Source: a virus
DNA: 36,911 nt
Reading direction: 5' to 3' (one strand)
Virus record (IMG/VR): IMGVR_UViG_3300045988_065836
Coordinates: 1 to 36,911 of that record
The position numbers and the translations under genes are program-made. This document shows, one piece after another, positions 15,222 to 23,997 of the stretch (positions are counted from its first letter, which is position 1; every line of letters starts with the position of its first letter). A model generated the notes under the pieces. The model worked only from the letters and a program-made list of their open reading frames with translations. It searched no databases and was not told where the DNA came from.

Positions 15222-16196
15222 ATGGCCGATTATGGGCATAAGTGGACGGACAAGCGGCTGGAAATCATGGAAAATCGGATTGCCAGAATCTACAGCGAAA
15301 CCGTGGATGACGCAAAGAAGCGGCTGGGTGAAATCCTCAAAACGTTTGAAAAAGAGGACAAAGAAAAAGCCGCACTTGTCGAAGCCGGGAAAATGAAGCG
15401 GCGAAACTATATTGCATGGCGGCAGGAGACTTTGGGAAAGGCAAAGCACCTGAAAGATATGATCGGCGTTTTGTCTGAGGATTTTACCAATGCTGATAAA
15501 ATCGCTATGCGTATCGTTTCCGGCGAGGCCCTGGATGTTTACGCCCTGAACGCCAATTTTGCAGCCTATGACATCGAGCAGAATACGAAAATGAACCTGT
15601 CGTGGACACTGTACGACAGAAGCACCGTGGAACGGCTTATCAAGGATACGCCTGATTTGCTGCCGCTGCCGTCTGTGGATATCCCGGTGGACATGCAGTG
15701 GAACCGGCAGCACATCACCGAGGCAATCACAAAGGGTATTTTGCTGGGCGATCCCATCCCGGAGATTGCCCAACGGCTGCAAGGTGTGGCGAACATGGGC
15801 TATCATGCCGCTGTTAGATCTGCAAGGACGGCGACAACAGCCGCAGAATGCGCCGGGAGAACCGACACCTACAAGCGGGCCGAAAAAATGGGTATCCAAT
15901 TGAAGCAGCAATGGGTTGCCACACTGGACGGCAGGACGCGGCACGAGCACCGGCAGGCAGACGGGCAAATGGTGGACATTGGCAAGCCGTTTATTGTGGA
16001 TGGCTACGAAATGGACTACCCCGGAGACCCGAAAGCGCCTGGGTATTTGATTTACAATTGCCGGTGCACTGTGATTTCCGTTGACAAATTCCACGACCCC
16101 AACGCCCCCAGGGCCTCTAAACTGGGCGGCGTGAGCTACGAGGAGTGGAAAAAGGGCAAAGAGATTGAGGAGGGAAACAGATGGGGAACAACGTGA
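15222..16196 (+). CDS. Minor head protein (Phage_Mu_F / SPP1 gp7 family)
   Basis: WVATLDGRTRHEHRQADGQMV...PGDPKAPGYLIYNCRCTVI is the Mu F signature. Follows the portal gene. Confidence 0.88.
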   Translation: MADYGHKWTDKRLEIMENRIARIYSETVDDAKKRLGEILKTFEKEDKEKAALVEAGKMKRRNYIAWRQETLGKAKHLKDMIGVLSEDFTNADKIAMRIVSGEALDVYALNANFAAYDIEQNTKMNLSWTLYDRSTVERLIKDTPDLLPLPSVDIPVDMQWNRQHITEAITKGILLGDPIPEIAQRLQGVANMGYHAAVRSARTATTAAECAGRTDTYKRAEKMGIQLKQQWVATLDGRTRHEHRQADGQMVDIGKPFIVDGYEMDYPGDPKAPGYLIYNCRCTVISVDKFHDPNAPRASKLGGVSYEEWKKGKEIEEGNRWGTT

Positions 16197-16294
16197 AACT
16201 TATCCGCCCACTATACGTCGTTGAATACGTTGATAGACGGGAATTATTTGATGATGATGGTTACATGCAGCTTTTGCAGATACACCGCTTGTGA
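16193..16294 (+). CDS. Possible 33-aa ORF overlapping the MuF stop
   Basis: GTG 16193 overlaps TGA 16194-16196. Product is VKLIRPLYVVEYVDRRELFDDDGYMQLLQIHRL. No family recognised. Confidence 0.2.
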   Translation: MKLIRPLYVVEYVDRRELFDDDGYMQLLQIHRL

Positions 16295-16399
16295 GTAAAC
16301 GCAAAAAGCAAAAAAGAGGCAATCGCTATTTTCCACAGGCGTATTTGGGGATGCGATATTACAAAATGTAAAAAAGTCTTTGCAAGGAGGAAATTATAA

Positions 16400-16585
16400 A
16401 TGAGTTATTGACCATACACCGTTGATCGGCATCTCGTCCAACAAACAACGTACGAATACGACGAAAACGGAAATGTTATCATGCAGCAGGTTATTGAACA
16501 CAACACCGCCGAATTTGTGGAGTGCAAAGGATCCAGATGCGCCGCATGGCGTTTATCAGGATGTATTTACGGGAAAGCACAATAA
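16400..16585 (+). pseudogene. ORF with an ideal RBS but TGA at codon 4 (MSY*PYTVDRHLVQQTTYEYDENGNVIMQQVIEHNTAEFVECKGSRCAAWRLSGCIYGKAQ)
   Basis: AAGGAGG (16384-16390) lies 9 nt before ATG 16400. TGA is at 16409-16411, and the same frame stays open to TAA 16583-16585. Confidence 0.3.
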
Positions 16586-16659
16586 ATCAAAAATGTTGAC
16601 TTTCAAATAGTCAAGAGGACGAAATTTTTCAAAGCGCTATCGGAAAGGAGAATAAATTT

Positions 16660-17067
16660 ATGGCATCTAATGGCAGCCCACAAGGAAGAAGGCACGGCAG
16701 CAAAAATTATAACAAAAAATGGGGAATAACTGCGGGAGATATTCGCATCATCGGAGAGATTGAAGACCACAGCGATGAGATTTTGCAAGGGATAAACACT
16801 GCAATTGTTCGAGCGCTGTACAGAATCGGCCTGGAATGCGAGGGATATGCAAAGAATCTGTGCCATGTAGTCACCGGGCGGCTGCGAAACAGCATTACAT
16901 TCGATTTGGACGAAGATGCGGTTTACGTCGGAACGAATGTGGAATACGCAGCTTTTGAGGAGGAGGGCACGAGCAAGCGAAAGCCGCACCCGTTTTTACG
17001 ACCTGCCGCGGAGAACCACAAAAAAAAGTGGCGGCAAATTCTGGAAGACGAACTAAAAAACGGTTAA
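16660..17067 (+). CDS. HK97 gp10-family tail-completion/neck protein, displaced from the neck module
   Basis: VTGRLRNSITFDLDEDAVYVGTNVEYAAFEEEGTSKRKPHPFLRPAAE matches the gp10 family pattern. AAAGGAG RBS. Confidence 0.78.
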   Translation: MASNGSPQGRRHGSKNYNKKWGITAGDIRIIGEIEDHSDEILQGINTAIVRALYRIGLECEGYAKNLCHVVTGRLRNSITFDLDEDAVYVGTNVEYAAFEEEGTSKRKPHPFLRPAAENHKKKWRQILEDELKNG

Positions 17068-17074
17068 TTTGCCG

Positions 17075-17105
17075 GTAACTTGCTGGCAAGTTGCAACAAA
17101 GTTGC
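17075..17105. repeat. Three AAGTTGC-type heptamers (one inverted, two direct)
   Basis: GTAACTTGC at 17075-17083 (inverted), AAGTTGC at 17088-17094 and AAGTTGC at 17099-17105. Confidence 0.6.
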
Positions 17106-17132
17106 GACCAACTGAATATTGCCTGATCTGCC

Positions 17133-17175
17133 AAAAGCGGGAGTAAACGTTGATGTTTGCTCCCGCTTTTGTTTT
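17133..17175 (+). terminator. Strong rho-independent terminator after the gp10-like gene
   Basis: GCGGGAGTAAAC (17137-17148) / GTTTGCTCCCGC (17155-17166) with a 6-nt loop, then TTTTGTTTT. Confidence 0.78.
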
Positions 17176-17346
17176 GCGCTTTTGCATATATCGCGGTTGC
17201 ATTTTGCTGTGTTCCTGCCGAAAAAATGTGTATCAATGGCCATATTGTATTCTACGATAATCACACAAAGGTTCGCAAAGGAAAGCGGCCTGTAAATTAC
17301 AGTCGCCCCCAAAGGAACGGGGCCGAAGAAAAGGAGACTGAAAACT

Positions 17347-17940
17347 ATGGCATTGACGAGAAAACTCTTGAAGGGTATGGGGCTGACCGACGAACAGGTC
17401 GACACCATCATTGAAGCCCACGGCGACACGGTGGATGGACTGAAAGAAGACATCCAGCGTTATAAGGCCGATGCGGAGAAGCTTCCCGGCGTTCAGAAGG
17501 AGCTGGACGACCTGAAAAAGGACAACGGGGACGACTTCAAGGCGCGGTATGAGAAGGAGCGGCAGGACTTCCAGGCGTACAAGGACGGAATTGCCAAGAA
17601 GGAGGCGGCGGCAGCCAAGGAAAAGGCGGCGCGGGCCTACTTCGAAAGCAAGGGCATTCCGGCCAAGAGCATGGGGCTTGTGATTCGCGGCGCAAAGGGC
17701 GAAATCGAGAGTTTGGAGCTGGACGGCGAGAAGATCAAGGACGCTTCCGCACTGGATTCCCTGCTGGACGGTGACTACAAGGGCCTGATCGGCAAGGTGA
17801 AGGAAAGCGGGATGAACACGCAGAATCCCCCCGAAACCAGCGGCTCAAAAATGACCAAGGAGCAAATCATGGCAATCAAAGACACCGCACAGCGGCAAAA
17901 GGCCATGTTTGACAACGCTGAATTGTTCGGCATCAACTAA
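17347..17940 (+). CDS. Scaffolding protein
   Basis: Charged, helical 197-aa product immediately upstream of the major capsid gene. AAAAGGAG RBS. Confidence 0.78.
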   Translation: MALTRKLLKGMGLTDEQVDTIIEAHGDTVDGLKEDIQRYKADAEKLPGVQKELDDLKKDNGDDFKARYEKERQDFQAYKDGIAKKEAAAAKEKAARAYFESKGIPAKSMGLVIRGAKGEIESLELDGEKIKDASALDSLLDGDYKGLIGKVKESGMNTQNPPETSGSKMTKEQIMAIKDTAQRQKAMFDNAELFGIN

Positions 17941-17967
17941 AAATCCGAAACGAAAGGAACTGATTAA

Positions 17968-18864
17968 ATGGCAAATGTTGTAACTACTGCGGAAACCAAT
18001 CTGATTACCGCTGACAAGATGAAGCGGGTACGTGAAGTCGATTTTGTACAACAGTTTACCCACAACTCCCTGGATAAGCTGATTGAGGTGCTGGGCGTGA
18101 CCCGGAAAATCCCCATGATGGAGGGCACCACCATGTACCTGTACACCACCAGCGGCACGCTGCAGAGCGGCACCGTTGGCGAGGGTGAGGTCATTCCCCT
18201 GAGCCAGTACGAGGTAACCAAGACCCCCATTGGCGAGATTTCCATTCACAAATGGAGAAAGGCTTCCAGCGCCGAGGCAATCAAGAAATCCGGCTACGAC
18301 GCAGCTGTTCGTGAAACCGACGCTGCCCTGCTGAAAGACGTACAGAAGGGCATCAGGAAAGACTTCTTTACGTTCCTGAACGGCACAATCGAAAGCTCCG
18401 TCACCGCTACCGGTGTCGGGCTGCAGGCTGCTCTTGCCAACGCTTGGGGCAAGCTGCAGGTTGCGTTCGAGGACGACACCGCCGAGGCTGTGTATTTCCT
18501 GAACCCCGAGGACGTTTCCGCATACCTTGGCACCGCAAACATCAGCGTGCAGACCGTTTTCGGCATGAACTATGTCGAGAACTTCCTGGGTCTGGGCACT
18601 GTGATTATGTCTTCTCGTATCACTAAGGGAACGTTCGTGGCAACCGCAAAGCAGAACCTGATACTGTACTACCTCACCATGAACGGCGACGTGGCCGCAG
18701 CGTTCAGTCTTGCCGCTGACGAGACCGGCTATATCGGCATCAAGTCCGGCTACCCGAATGAGGAGCGGGCGCAGATTGAATCCCTGGTGATGGATGGCCT
18801 GCAGATTATGGTGGAGTATGCCGCTGGCGTTGTAAAGGGCACCATCACCGCAGTGGGGGGTTAA
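17968..18864 (+). CDS. Major capsid protein
   Basis: 298 aa, follows the scaffold gene, with a typical MCP start (MANVVTTAETNLIT...). Its position and size fit an HK97-fold capsid gene. Confidence 0.85.
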   Translation: MANVVTTAETNLITADKMKRVREVDFVQQFTHNSLDKLIEVLGVTRKIPMMEGTTMYLYTTSGTLQSGTVGEGEVIPLSQYEVTKTPIGEISIHKWRKASSAEAIKKSGYDAAVRETDAALLKDVQKGIRKDFFTFLNGTIESSVTATGVGLQAALANAWGKLQVAFEDDTAEAVYFLNPEDVSAYLGTANISVQTVFGMNYVENFLGLGTVIMSSRITKGTFVATAKQNLILYYLTMNGDVAAAFSLAADETGYIGIKSGYPNEERAQIESLVMDGLQIMVEYAAGVVKGTITAVGG

Positions 18865-18917
18865 CGGCGGCGCTGAACGCTGAAAAGACCGCACTGGCAG
18901 CCGCGGACTTTGACGGA

Positions 18918-19022
18918 ATGACAAAAGCCCAGCTTTTGGAATACGCCAAAGAAAACGGCATTGCCGGAGTCAGCGCCGCAATGAACAAAGCGGATATTCT
19001 GGCCGCCGTGAAGGGCCAGTGA
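18918..19022 (+). CDS. HeH/Rho-N-like small protein (start unclear)
   Basis: MTKAQLLEYAKENGIAGVSAAMNKADILAAVKGQ. The frame is open back to the capsid stop (LTAALNAEKTALAAADFDG) with no ATG or GTG and no good RBS. Confidence 0.4.
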   Translation: MTKAQLLEYAKENGIAGVSAAMNKADILAAVKGQ

Positions 19023-19036
19023 ACGGAGGGAACCGC

Positions 19037-19468
19037 ATGAACGGAATAAGCCTGTATGAGCTGCTGCGGTATCTGCGGAACTTTTTCCCCGGCCTGAAAT
19101 GGCAGTGTTTCGGCGAGGAAATCCGGGAGGGGCGCATTGCCCTTCCCGGGCTGGAAAGCGGGGACTACTACCTGATCGATGGCAGCCGGAGAAACGACGG
19201 AATCCACGTGTACGGGAACGCAGACTTGCGGAATGAAATCTATACGGGAATCATCACCGAAATCTGCGTCCCTGCCGAGGTGCTGGCCCTGCTGGATGAA
19301 ATCAACGCATGGATTGAAAAGAACCACGAGGCCGTAGAAAGCCCGTATCAAAGTGAATCTTTCGGCGGGTACTCGTACACCAAGGCAAGCGGAAATTCCG
19401 GCAGCGGTGATGGAATGAGCTGGAAGACGGTATTTGCACCGCGTCTGCGGATATGGAGGAAATTATGA
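19037..19468 (+). CDS. Putative head-tail connector/neck protein
   Basis: GGAGGG RBS. First gene of the neck module. Contains SPYQSESFGGYSYTKA, a motif seen in phage neck proteins. Confidence 0.45.
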   Translation: MNGISLYELLRYLRNFFPGLKWQCFGEEIREGRIALPGLESGDYYLIDGSRRNDGIHVYGNADLRNEIYTGIITEICVPAEVLALLDEINAWIEKNHEAVESPYQSESFGGYSYTKASGNSGSGDGMSWKTVFAPRLRIWRKL

Positions 19469-19818
19469 GTCTGCTTGACAATTTTCTGCAAGAAAAATGT
19501 GTGCTTCTAGAGAAAAAGCGAACGCCGGATGGTGCCGGTGGCTGGCTTGTGGAATGGGCAGACGGAGCGGAATTTAACGCCGCTGTCGTGCTGGATACCT
19601 CCATGCAGTCACGGATTGCAGAGAAAGAGGGCGTGACCAGCGTGTACACCGTCACCACCCGGCGCAGCACTCCCCTGTCCTTCCACGACGTTTTTCGGCG
19701 AGAAAAAGACGGCGGCATTTTCCGTGTCACCAGCAACGGGGCAGACAAGCAGTCACCCGAGTTTGGGACGCTGGACATATGCCAGGTCACAGCCGAACGA
19801 TGGGAGCTGACGAAATGA
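19465..19818 (+). CDS. Head closure / head-tail joining protein (SPP1 gp16-like)
   Basis: KKRTPDGAGGWLVEWADGAEFNAAV...VYTVTTRR...FRV fits the Phage_H_T_join pattern. GGAGGA RBS. Confidence 0.65.
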   Translation: MSLLDNFLQEKCVLLEKKRTPDGAGGWLVEWADGAEFNAAVVLDTSMQSRIAEKEGVTSVYTVTTRRSTPLSFHDVFRREKDGGIFRVTSNGADKQSPEFGTLDICQVTAERWELTK

Positions 19819-20177
19819 CGGCGGATGCGGCACTGCACCAATTTTTCAACAGTTTTAGCATTCCTGCGTTCCCGGAAACTTCCGTGCCGGATAAGCAGGA
19901 AATGCCGTATATCACATACCCATTTGTAACGTCTGAGTTTGGAGATTTGCCGGTAAATTTGGCTGTATACCTTTGGTACAAAACGGAATCAGAGGCAACA
20001 CCAACGGCAAAAGCACAGGAGATTATAAGCGCAATAGGCCGGGGCGGCTGCACTGTGCTTGTAGATGGCGGCTATATCTGGCTTTATATGGGCTCCCCTG
20101 CCCTGCGGGCCGTGCTGGACGAGGACAACAGCGTAAAACGGCGGGCGCTGAATATCACCGCCGAATATTTTCTATAG
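19815..20177 (+). CDS. Putative tail terminator/tail completion protein
   Basis: ATGA overlap. 120 aa, last neck gene before the major tail protein. Confidence 0.45.
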   Translation: MTADAALHQFFNSFSIPAFPETSVPDKQEMPYITYPFVTSEFGDLPVNLAVYLWYKTESEATPTAKAQEIISAIGRGGCTVLVDGGYIWLYMGSPALRAVLDEDNSVKRRALNITAEYFL

Positions 20178-20188
20178 GAGGGTGAACG

Positions 20189-20761
20189 ATGGGAAAAATG
20201 TTCGACAAAATTTCGTCTGATGCTTTTCAGAGCATTCAGACGAACGCGGGTGTAATTCTGAATAATTTTAACCCCGCAAATCCTACAGCCCCAGAAGATA
20301 ATGACATTGTTTGCGCCACATCGTCTGACGGTGTGCAAGCAAGCTGCGTTTACACGTATTCCGATTTTGGCGAAGACATTGCCAATGTGGAGAACAACAC
20401 CAAAGAACTGAAACAAGTTGAATCCGTCGAATGCAAGCTCAGCTTTGATATGCTTACTATGACGCCGAAAAGCGTAGCATTAGCTATTGGCCCTGCCGAT
20501 ATTGCTGATAGCAAGATTACTCCAAGGGCGGAGCTTAAACTAACGGATTTTCAGGATAAAATCTGGTGGGTTGGGCACGTCGGCGAAAACAAGATTGCAG
20601 CAATTTGCCTGAAAAACGTTCTGTCGAACGGCGGATTTAATCTACAGACCACAAAAAAGGAGAAAGGTAAAATTACCGTGGAACTTCTAGGGCACTTTTC
20701 CGTTTCCGCGCCAGACGAAGTTCCTATGGAATTTTATATTGTAGATAAGCCCGTTGGATAA
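20189..20761 (+). CDS. Major tail protein
   Basis: 190 aa, AGGAGGG RBS, directly upstream of the chaperone pair and the tape measure gene. Confidence 0.75.
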   Translation: MGKMFDKISSDAFQSIQTNAGVILNNFNPANPTAPEDNDIVCATSSDGVQASCVYTYSDFGEDIANVENNTKELKQVESVECKLSFDMLTMTPKSVALAIGPADIADSKITPRAELKLTDFQDKIWWVGHVGENKIAAICLKNVLSNGGFNLQTTKKEKGKITVELLGHFSVSAPDEVPMEFYIVDKPVG

Positions 20762-20779
20762 TCAAGGAAGGAGAAAACT

Positions 20780-21121
20780 ATGAAATTTCTTTTCGATCTG
20801 CCCAATGAACAGCTGCTCCCCGCTACCTGCGACCTTGCGGATGCTGTGGAGCAGCTTGTAAAAGCAAGTGGAATCATGGAGTTCCGGAAGGCGCCGGAGG
20901 ACGGCGAAAGCAACGAGGCAGCGGCGAAGCGGAACGCAAAAAAGATGATTTTTAAGCTGTGCAAAGAGTACCCGAAGGAGACCGGCGCAGTGCTGGATAG
21001 GCTGTGGGTGCTGGAAAGCGACAGCGAAAAGGCACCGAATGCGCTGGTTACGGCTGGAATTTTGCTGGTAAGGAAAGACGTACTGGCTTTTTTTACATCT
21101 CTGGTACGTTTGGCGGAATGA
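20780..21121 (+). CDS. Tail assembly chaperone (G-like)
   Basis: 113-aa acidic protein between the major tail and tape measure genes. Contains a T7 slippery run near its 3' end. Confidence 0.75.
   Translation: MKFLFDLPNEQLLPATCDLADAVEQLVKASGIMEFRKAPEDGESNEAAAKRNAKKMIFKLCKEYPKETGAVLDRLWVLESDSEKAPNALVTAGILLVRKDVLAFFTSLVRLAE
21088..21094 (+). other. Slippery heptamer T_TTT_TTT for a programmed -1 frameshift
   Basis: The zero-frame codons are gcT TTT TTT aca. A -1 slip reads TTT TTT tac. Confidence 0.7.
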
Positions 21122-21435
21122 TGTATCGGCGGGCCGTTTTCTCGATCTCCCCGGCTTTTTACCCTATATTTTCGTTTCGGCAACTGCTGGATGCGGTAAT
21201 GGCCGAAATTCAGCGGGAAAGTGAAAGAAAATCCTGCTATGTATATTTTGCTGATGCGGTGCAAGCAATTAGCCAAAACGTGGCGAAAATAACCGGTGGA
21301 AACTACATGGGAAAACGGCTGATCGATATTTTGGAGCCGCCGACGGATGACGGAAAGACGGCAGATGAAATTATAGCCGAGATCAGAGGAGAACTTGCAA
21401 TGATTGGAGGTGCGGAAGATGGCCGGATTGCTTGA
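21094..21435 (+). CDS. Tail assembly chaperone -1 frameshift extension (GT-like product 20780..21094 joined to 21094..21435)
   Basis: The -1 frame is open from the slippery site to 21435 (YISGTFGGMMYRR...) and overlaps the tape measure start. Confidence 0.7.
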   Translation, partial: YISGTFGGMMYRRAVFSISPAFYPIFSFRQLLDAVMAEIQRESERKSCYVYFADAVQAISQNVAKITGGNYMGKRLIDILEPPTDDGKTADEIIAEIRGELAMIGGAEDGRIA

Positions 21436-23146
21436 TCTGTTTATCAAAATCGGAGTTGATGACCAGGCGAGCAGCAAAATCGGAGGCGTGGCAAAAAAGG
21501 CATCTTCTGCGTTTTCGAAAATCGGTTCCGCCGCCGTCGGTGGAATGAAATTTGCCGCAAAAGGCGTTGCCGTCGCCGCTGGCGCAATCGCTACGCTGTC
21601 CACGGCTGCTGTAAAAACTTACGCGGATTATGAGCAGCTTGTGGGTGGCGTTGAAACGCTGTTTGGCGCTGGTGGAAAAAGCCTGGCTGAGTACGTCAAT
21701 GACGTTGGGAAATACTCCCCTGAGATCACAAAACAATACAATGATCTGATGGCGGCGCAATCCAAAGTCATGGACGATGCGGACGCGGCCTATAAAACAG
21801 CAGGCCTATCGGCCAACGACTATATGAAGACCGTCACCGGCTTTGCTGCCGCGCTGAACAGCAGCCTGGGCGGAAACACGCAAAAGGCCGCTGAATATGC
21901 CAATATGGCCGTTGTGGATATGGCCGACAACGCCAATAAGATGGGCACCAGCATGGAGAGCATCCAGAATGCCTATCAGGGTTTTGCAAAGCAAAACTAT
22001 ACCATGCTGGATAATCTAAAGCTTGGCTACGGCGGCACAAAAACCGAAATGGAACGGCTGCTGGCTGACGCAAGCAAAATTTCCGGGAAGAAATTTGATC
22101 TGTCGTCCTACGCTGACGTTGTGGAGGCTATCCACACGATCCAAGATGAAATGGGCATTACCGGTACAACGGCAAAGGAGGCAGAAACCACCATTTCCGG
22201 CTCTGTGAACTCCATGAAGGCAGCGTGGCAGAACTGGCTTACTGGGCTTGGGAACGGCGATGCGGACATCGGGAAGCTGACCGAAAACCTGGTTGAATCC
22301 GCGCAAACCGTTGTAAGCAATGTAATGCCCGTTGTCGGCCAAGTGCTGACTTCGTTGGAAAGCGTTGTAACGGAACAAGCACCTGGAATTATAGACACCG
22401 GGCTATCTTATATTCTAGATGCAGCCCCACAGCTGTTAGCCATGGGTGGACAGCTGATTAGCGCACTGGTTAGCGGACTGCTTACAAATTTGCCGCAGAT
22501 CATGGACGCCGGAACGCAATTGATAACGATGCTATGCAGCGGAATGCAAAATTCTGCGTCGCAGCTGCCGGGAATCATAACGCAAATCATAACGTCCATA
22601 GTTAGTTTCTTGGTTGCCAACGCACCGCAGATTTTAACGGCTGGCGTTACGCTGATTTTGGCGCTGATACAGGGCATCGTCGAATCAATACCGGCTATTG
22701 TGCAGGCGATACCGCAGCTGATAGATGGGATTGTAAACGCTTTTTCGAACGCTTCCGGGCAGATATTGTCCATCGGTTCACAAATCGTCGACGATATCAT
22801 TGATGGCATTTCCAGCGCATGGGGCGGGCTTGTAAGCTGGTTTAATGGGCTTTGGGATAGCTTGTTCGGCGGGCGAAGCGTTAACGTTGGCGTGACCACC
22901 AGTGGAGGCGGCGGAGGCGGGCGAGCCATTGGCATGGACTACGTGCCGTATAACGGTATGCCGGCTGTTCTGCACCGAGGCGAAGCGGTTTTGACCAGCT
23001 ACGAAGCCGACCAGTGGCGGCGGGGCCGCAGCGGCGGAAATGGGCAGGGCGTGACCATTGTGCAGAACATTCAGAGCGTTCCACAGACGCCGGTACAGCT
23101 GGCGGCAGCGACGGCGGCATATTTTGAACAGGCGTGGTGGATTTGA
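21419..23146 (+). CDS. Tape measure protein
   Basis: 575 aa, GGAGGT RBS. Helical and Gly/Ala-rich with hydrophobic repeats. Conserved position. Confidence 0.88.
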   Translation: MAGLLDLFIKIGVDDQASSKIGGVAKKASSAFSKIGSAAVGGMKFAAKGVAVAAGAIATLSTAAVKTYADYEQLVGGVETLFGAGGKSLAEYVNDVGKYSPEITKQYNDLMAAQSKVMDDADAAYKTAGLSANDYMKTVTGFAAALNSSLGGNTQKAAEYANMAVVDMADNANKMGTSMESIQNAYQGFAKQNYTMLDNLKLGYGGTKTEMERLLADASKISGKKFDLSSYADVVEAIHTIQDEMGITGTTAKEAETTISGSVNSMKAAWQNWLTGLGNGDADIGKLTENLVESAQTVVSNVMPVVGQVLTSLESVVTEQAPGIIDTGLSYILDAAPQLLAMGGQLISALVSGLLTNLPQIMDAGTQLITMLCSGMQNSASQLPGIITQIITSIVSFLVANAPQILTAGVTLILALIQGIVESIPAIVQAIPQLIDGIVNAFSNASGQILSIGSQIVDDIIDGISSAWGGLVSWFNGLWDSLFGGRSVNVGVTTSGGGGGGRAIGMDYVPYNGMPAVLHRGEAVLTSYEADQWRRGRSGGNGQGVTIVQNIQSVPQTPVQLAAATAAYFEQAWWI

Positions 23147-23997
23147 TGGCGTATAACAATTTATCTAAACTATTCCGGTATGTCGGGGCTGATGGACAAG
23201 AAATTATCTTTGACTACACCAACGGATATCTGATCAGCAAGCCTACCGGAATCGATACGCTGAGCGTCAGCGTGAATGAATCCTACGGCATCAATCAGGT
23301 AGGTACAAGCGTCAGCTCGGAGCACGTGGAGAGCCGCCCGGTGACCATCACCGGGCGGGTCGTGGGAGACTCACAGGAGCAGCGGAAAAAGCGGTTGCTG
23401 GATGTGATACGGCCAGGGGCTGGGCGACTGTACTGTGACGACTACTATCTGGATGTACGGACGACGGAAACCCCAACCGTGGGGCCGGATAGGAGCCATG
23501 CGCAATTCCAAGTGTCGTTTCTGGCTCCGCACCCATATTGGTGCAGGGAAAACAAGGAAACCAGAACACTAATGGGCGTTGAGAAACTGTTCAAATTTCC
23601 GTGGAATATCTCGAAACCCTATCAGTTCGGACGGATGCAGCAGAAGAAATTCGTGAACATAAGAAATCAGGGGCAAGCGGATATTCCGTTTACGGTGGCC
23701 ATAATCGCCATGGATGCGGTCAGCGTCCCTGTGATACAGAATATCGTCGATGGGAAGTTTCTGCGGATTAACAAGAACATGGTCGCCGGAGAGAGAATTG
23801 TTATCGAAATCACCCACAGCCGCACATATGTAACGTCTTCTGTCGATGGGGACTGTCGTGGGGCGTTGGATATCGAAAGCAGCCTGTTTCGGCTGGCCCC
23901 CGGAGACAACGTGCTGAAGCCAACGGCAACCAGCGGGCTTGAAAACCTGCAAATGGAAATCACGTTTGCGCCTGAAATGATTGGGATGAGTGTATGA
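23146..23997 (+). CDS. Distal tail protein (Dit, Sipho_tail-like)
   Basis: Overlaps the tape measure stop. Contains the pattern ISKPTGIDTLSVSV...VTITGRV...LDVRTTETP. Confidence 0.78.
   Translation: MAYNNLSKLFRYVGADGQEIIFDYTNGYLISKPTGIDTLSVSVNESYGINQVGTSVSSEHVESRPVTITGRVVGDSQEQRKKRLLDVIRPGAGRLYCDDYYLDVRTTETPTVGPDRSHAQFQVSFLAPHPYWCRENKETRTLMGVEKLFKFPWNISKPYQFGRMQQKKFVNIRNQGQADIPFTVAIIAMDAVSVPVIQNIVDGKFLRINKNMVAGERIVIEITHSRTYVTSSVDGDCRGALDIESSLFRLAPGDNVLKPTATSGLENLQMEITFAPEMIGMSV

Noticed and set aside
13782-16094. A 770-aa minus-strand ORF, the longest in the window, opposite the portal and MuF genes
   Set aside because: Its composition is low-complexity and rich in Arg, Pro, His and Cys. It has no RBS and matches no family. 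It is fully antisense to two strongly recognisable structural genes. This is the typical GC-rich shadow ORF.
16422-16610. Track ORF of 62 aa (MIGISSNKQRTNTTK...)
   Set aside because: It uses an alternative start with no RBS and has a Ser/Thr/Asn/Lys-rich composition. The overlapping frame behind the AAGGAGG-ATG looks more protein-like, so I did not call it as a gene.
17845-18924. A 359-aa minus-strand ORF opposite the major capsid gene
   Set aside because: It is a shadow ORF antisense to a clear capsid gene, with no RBS.
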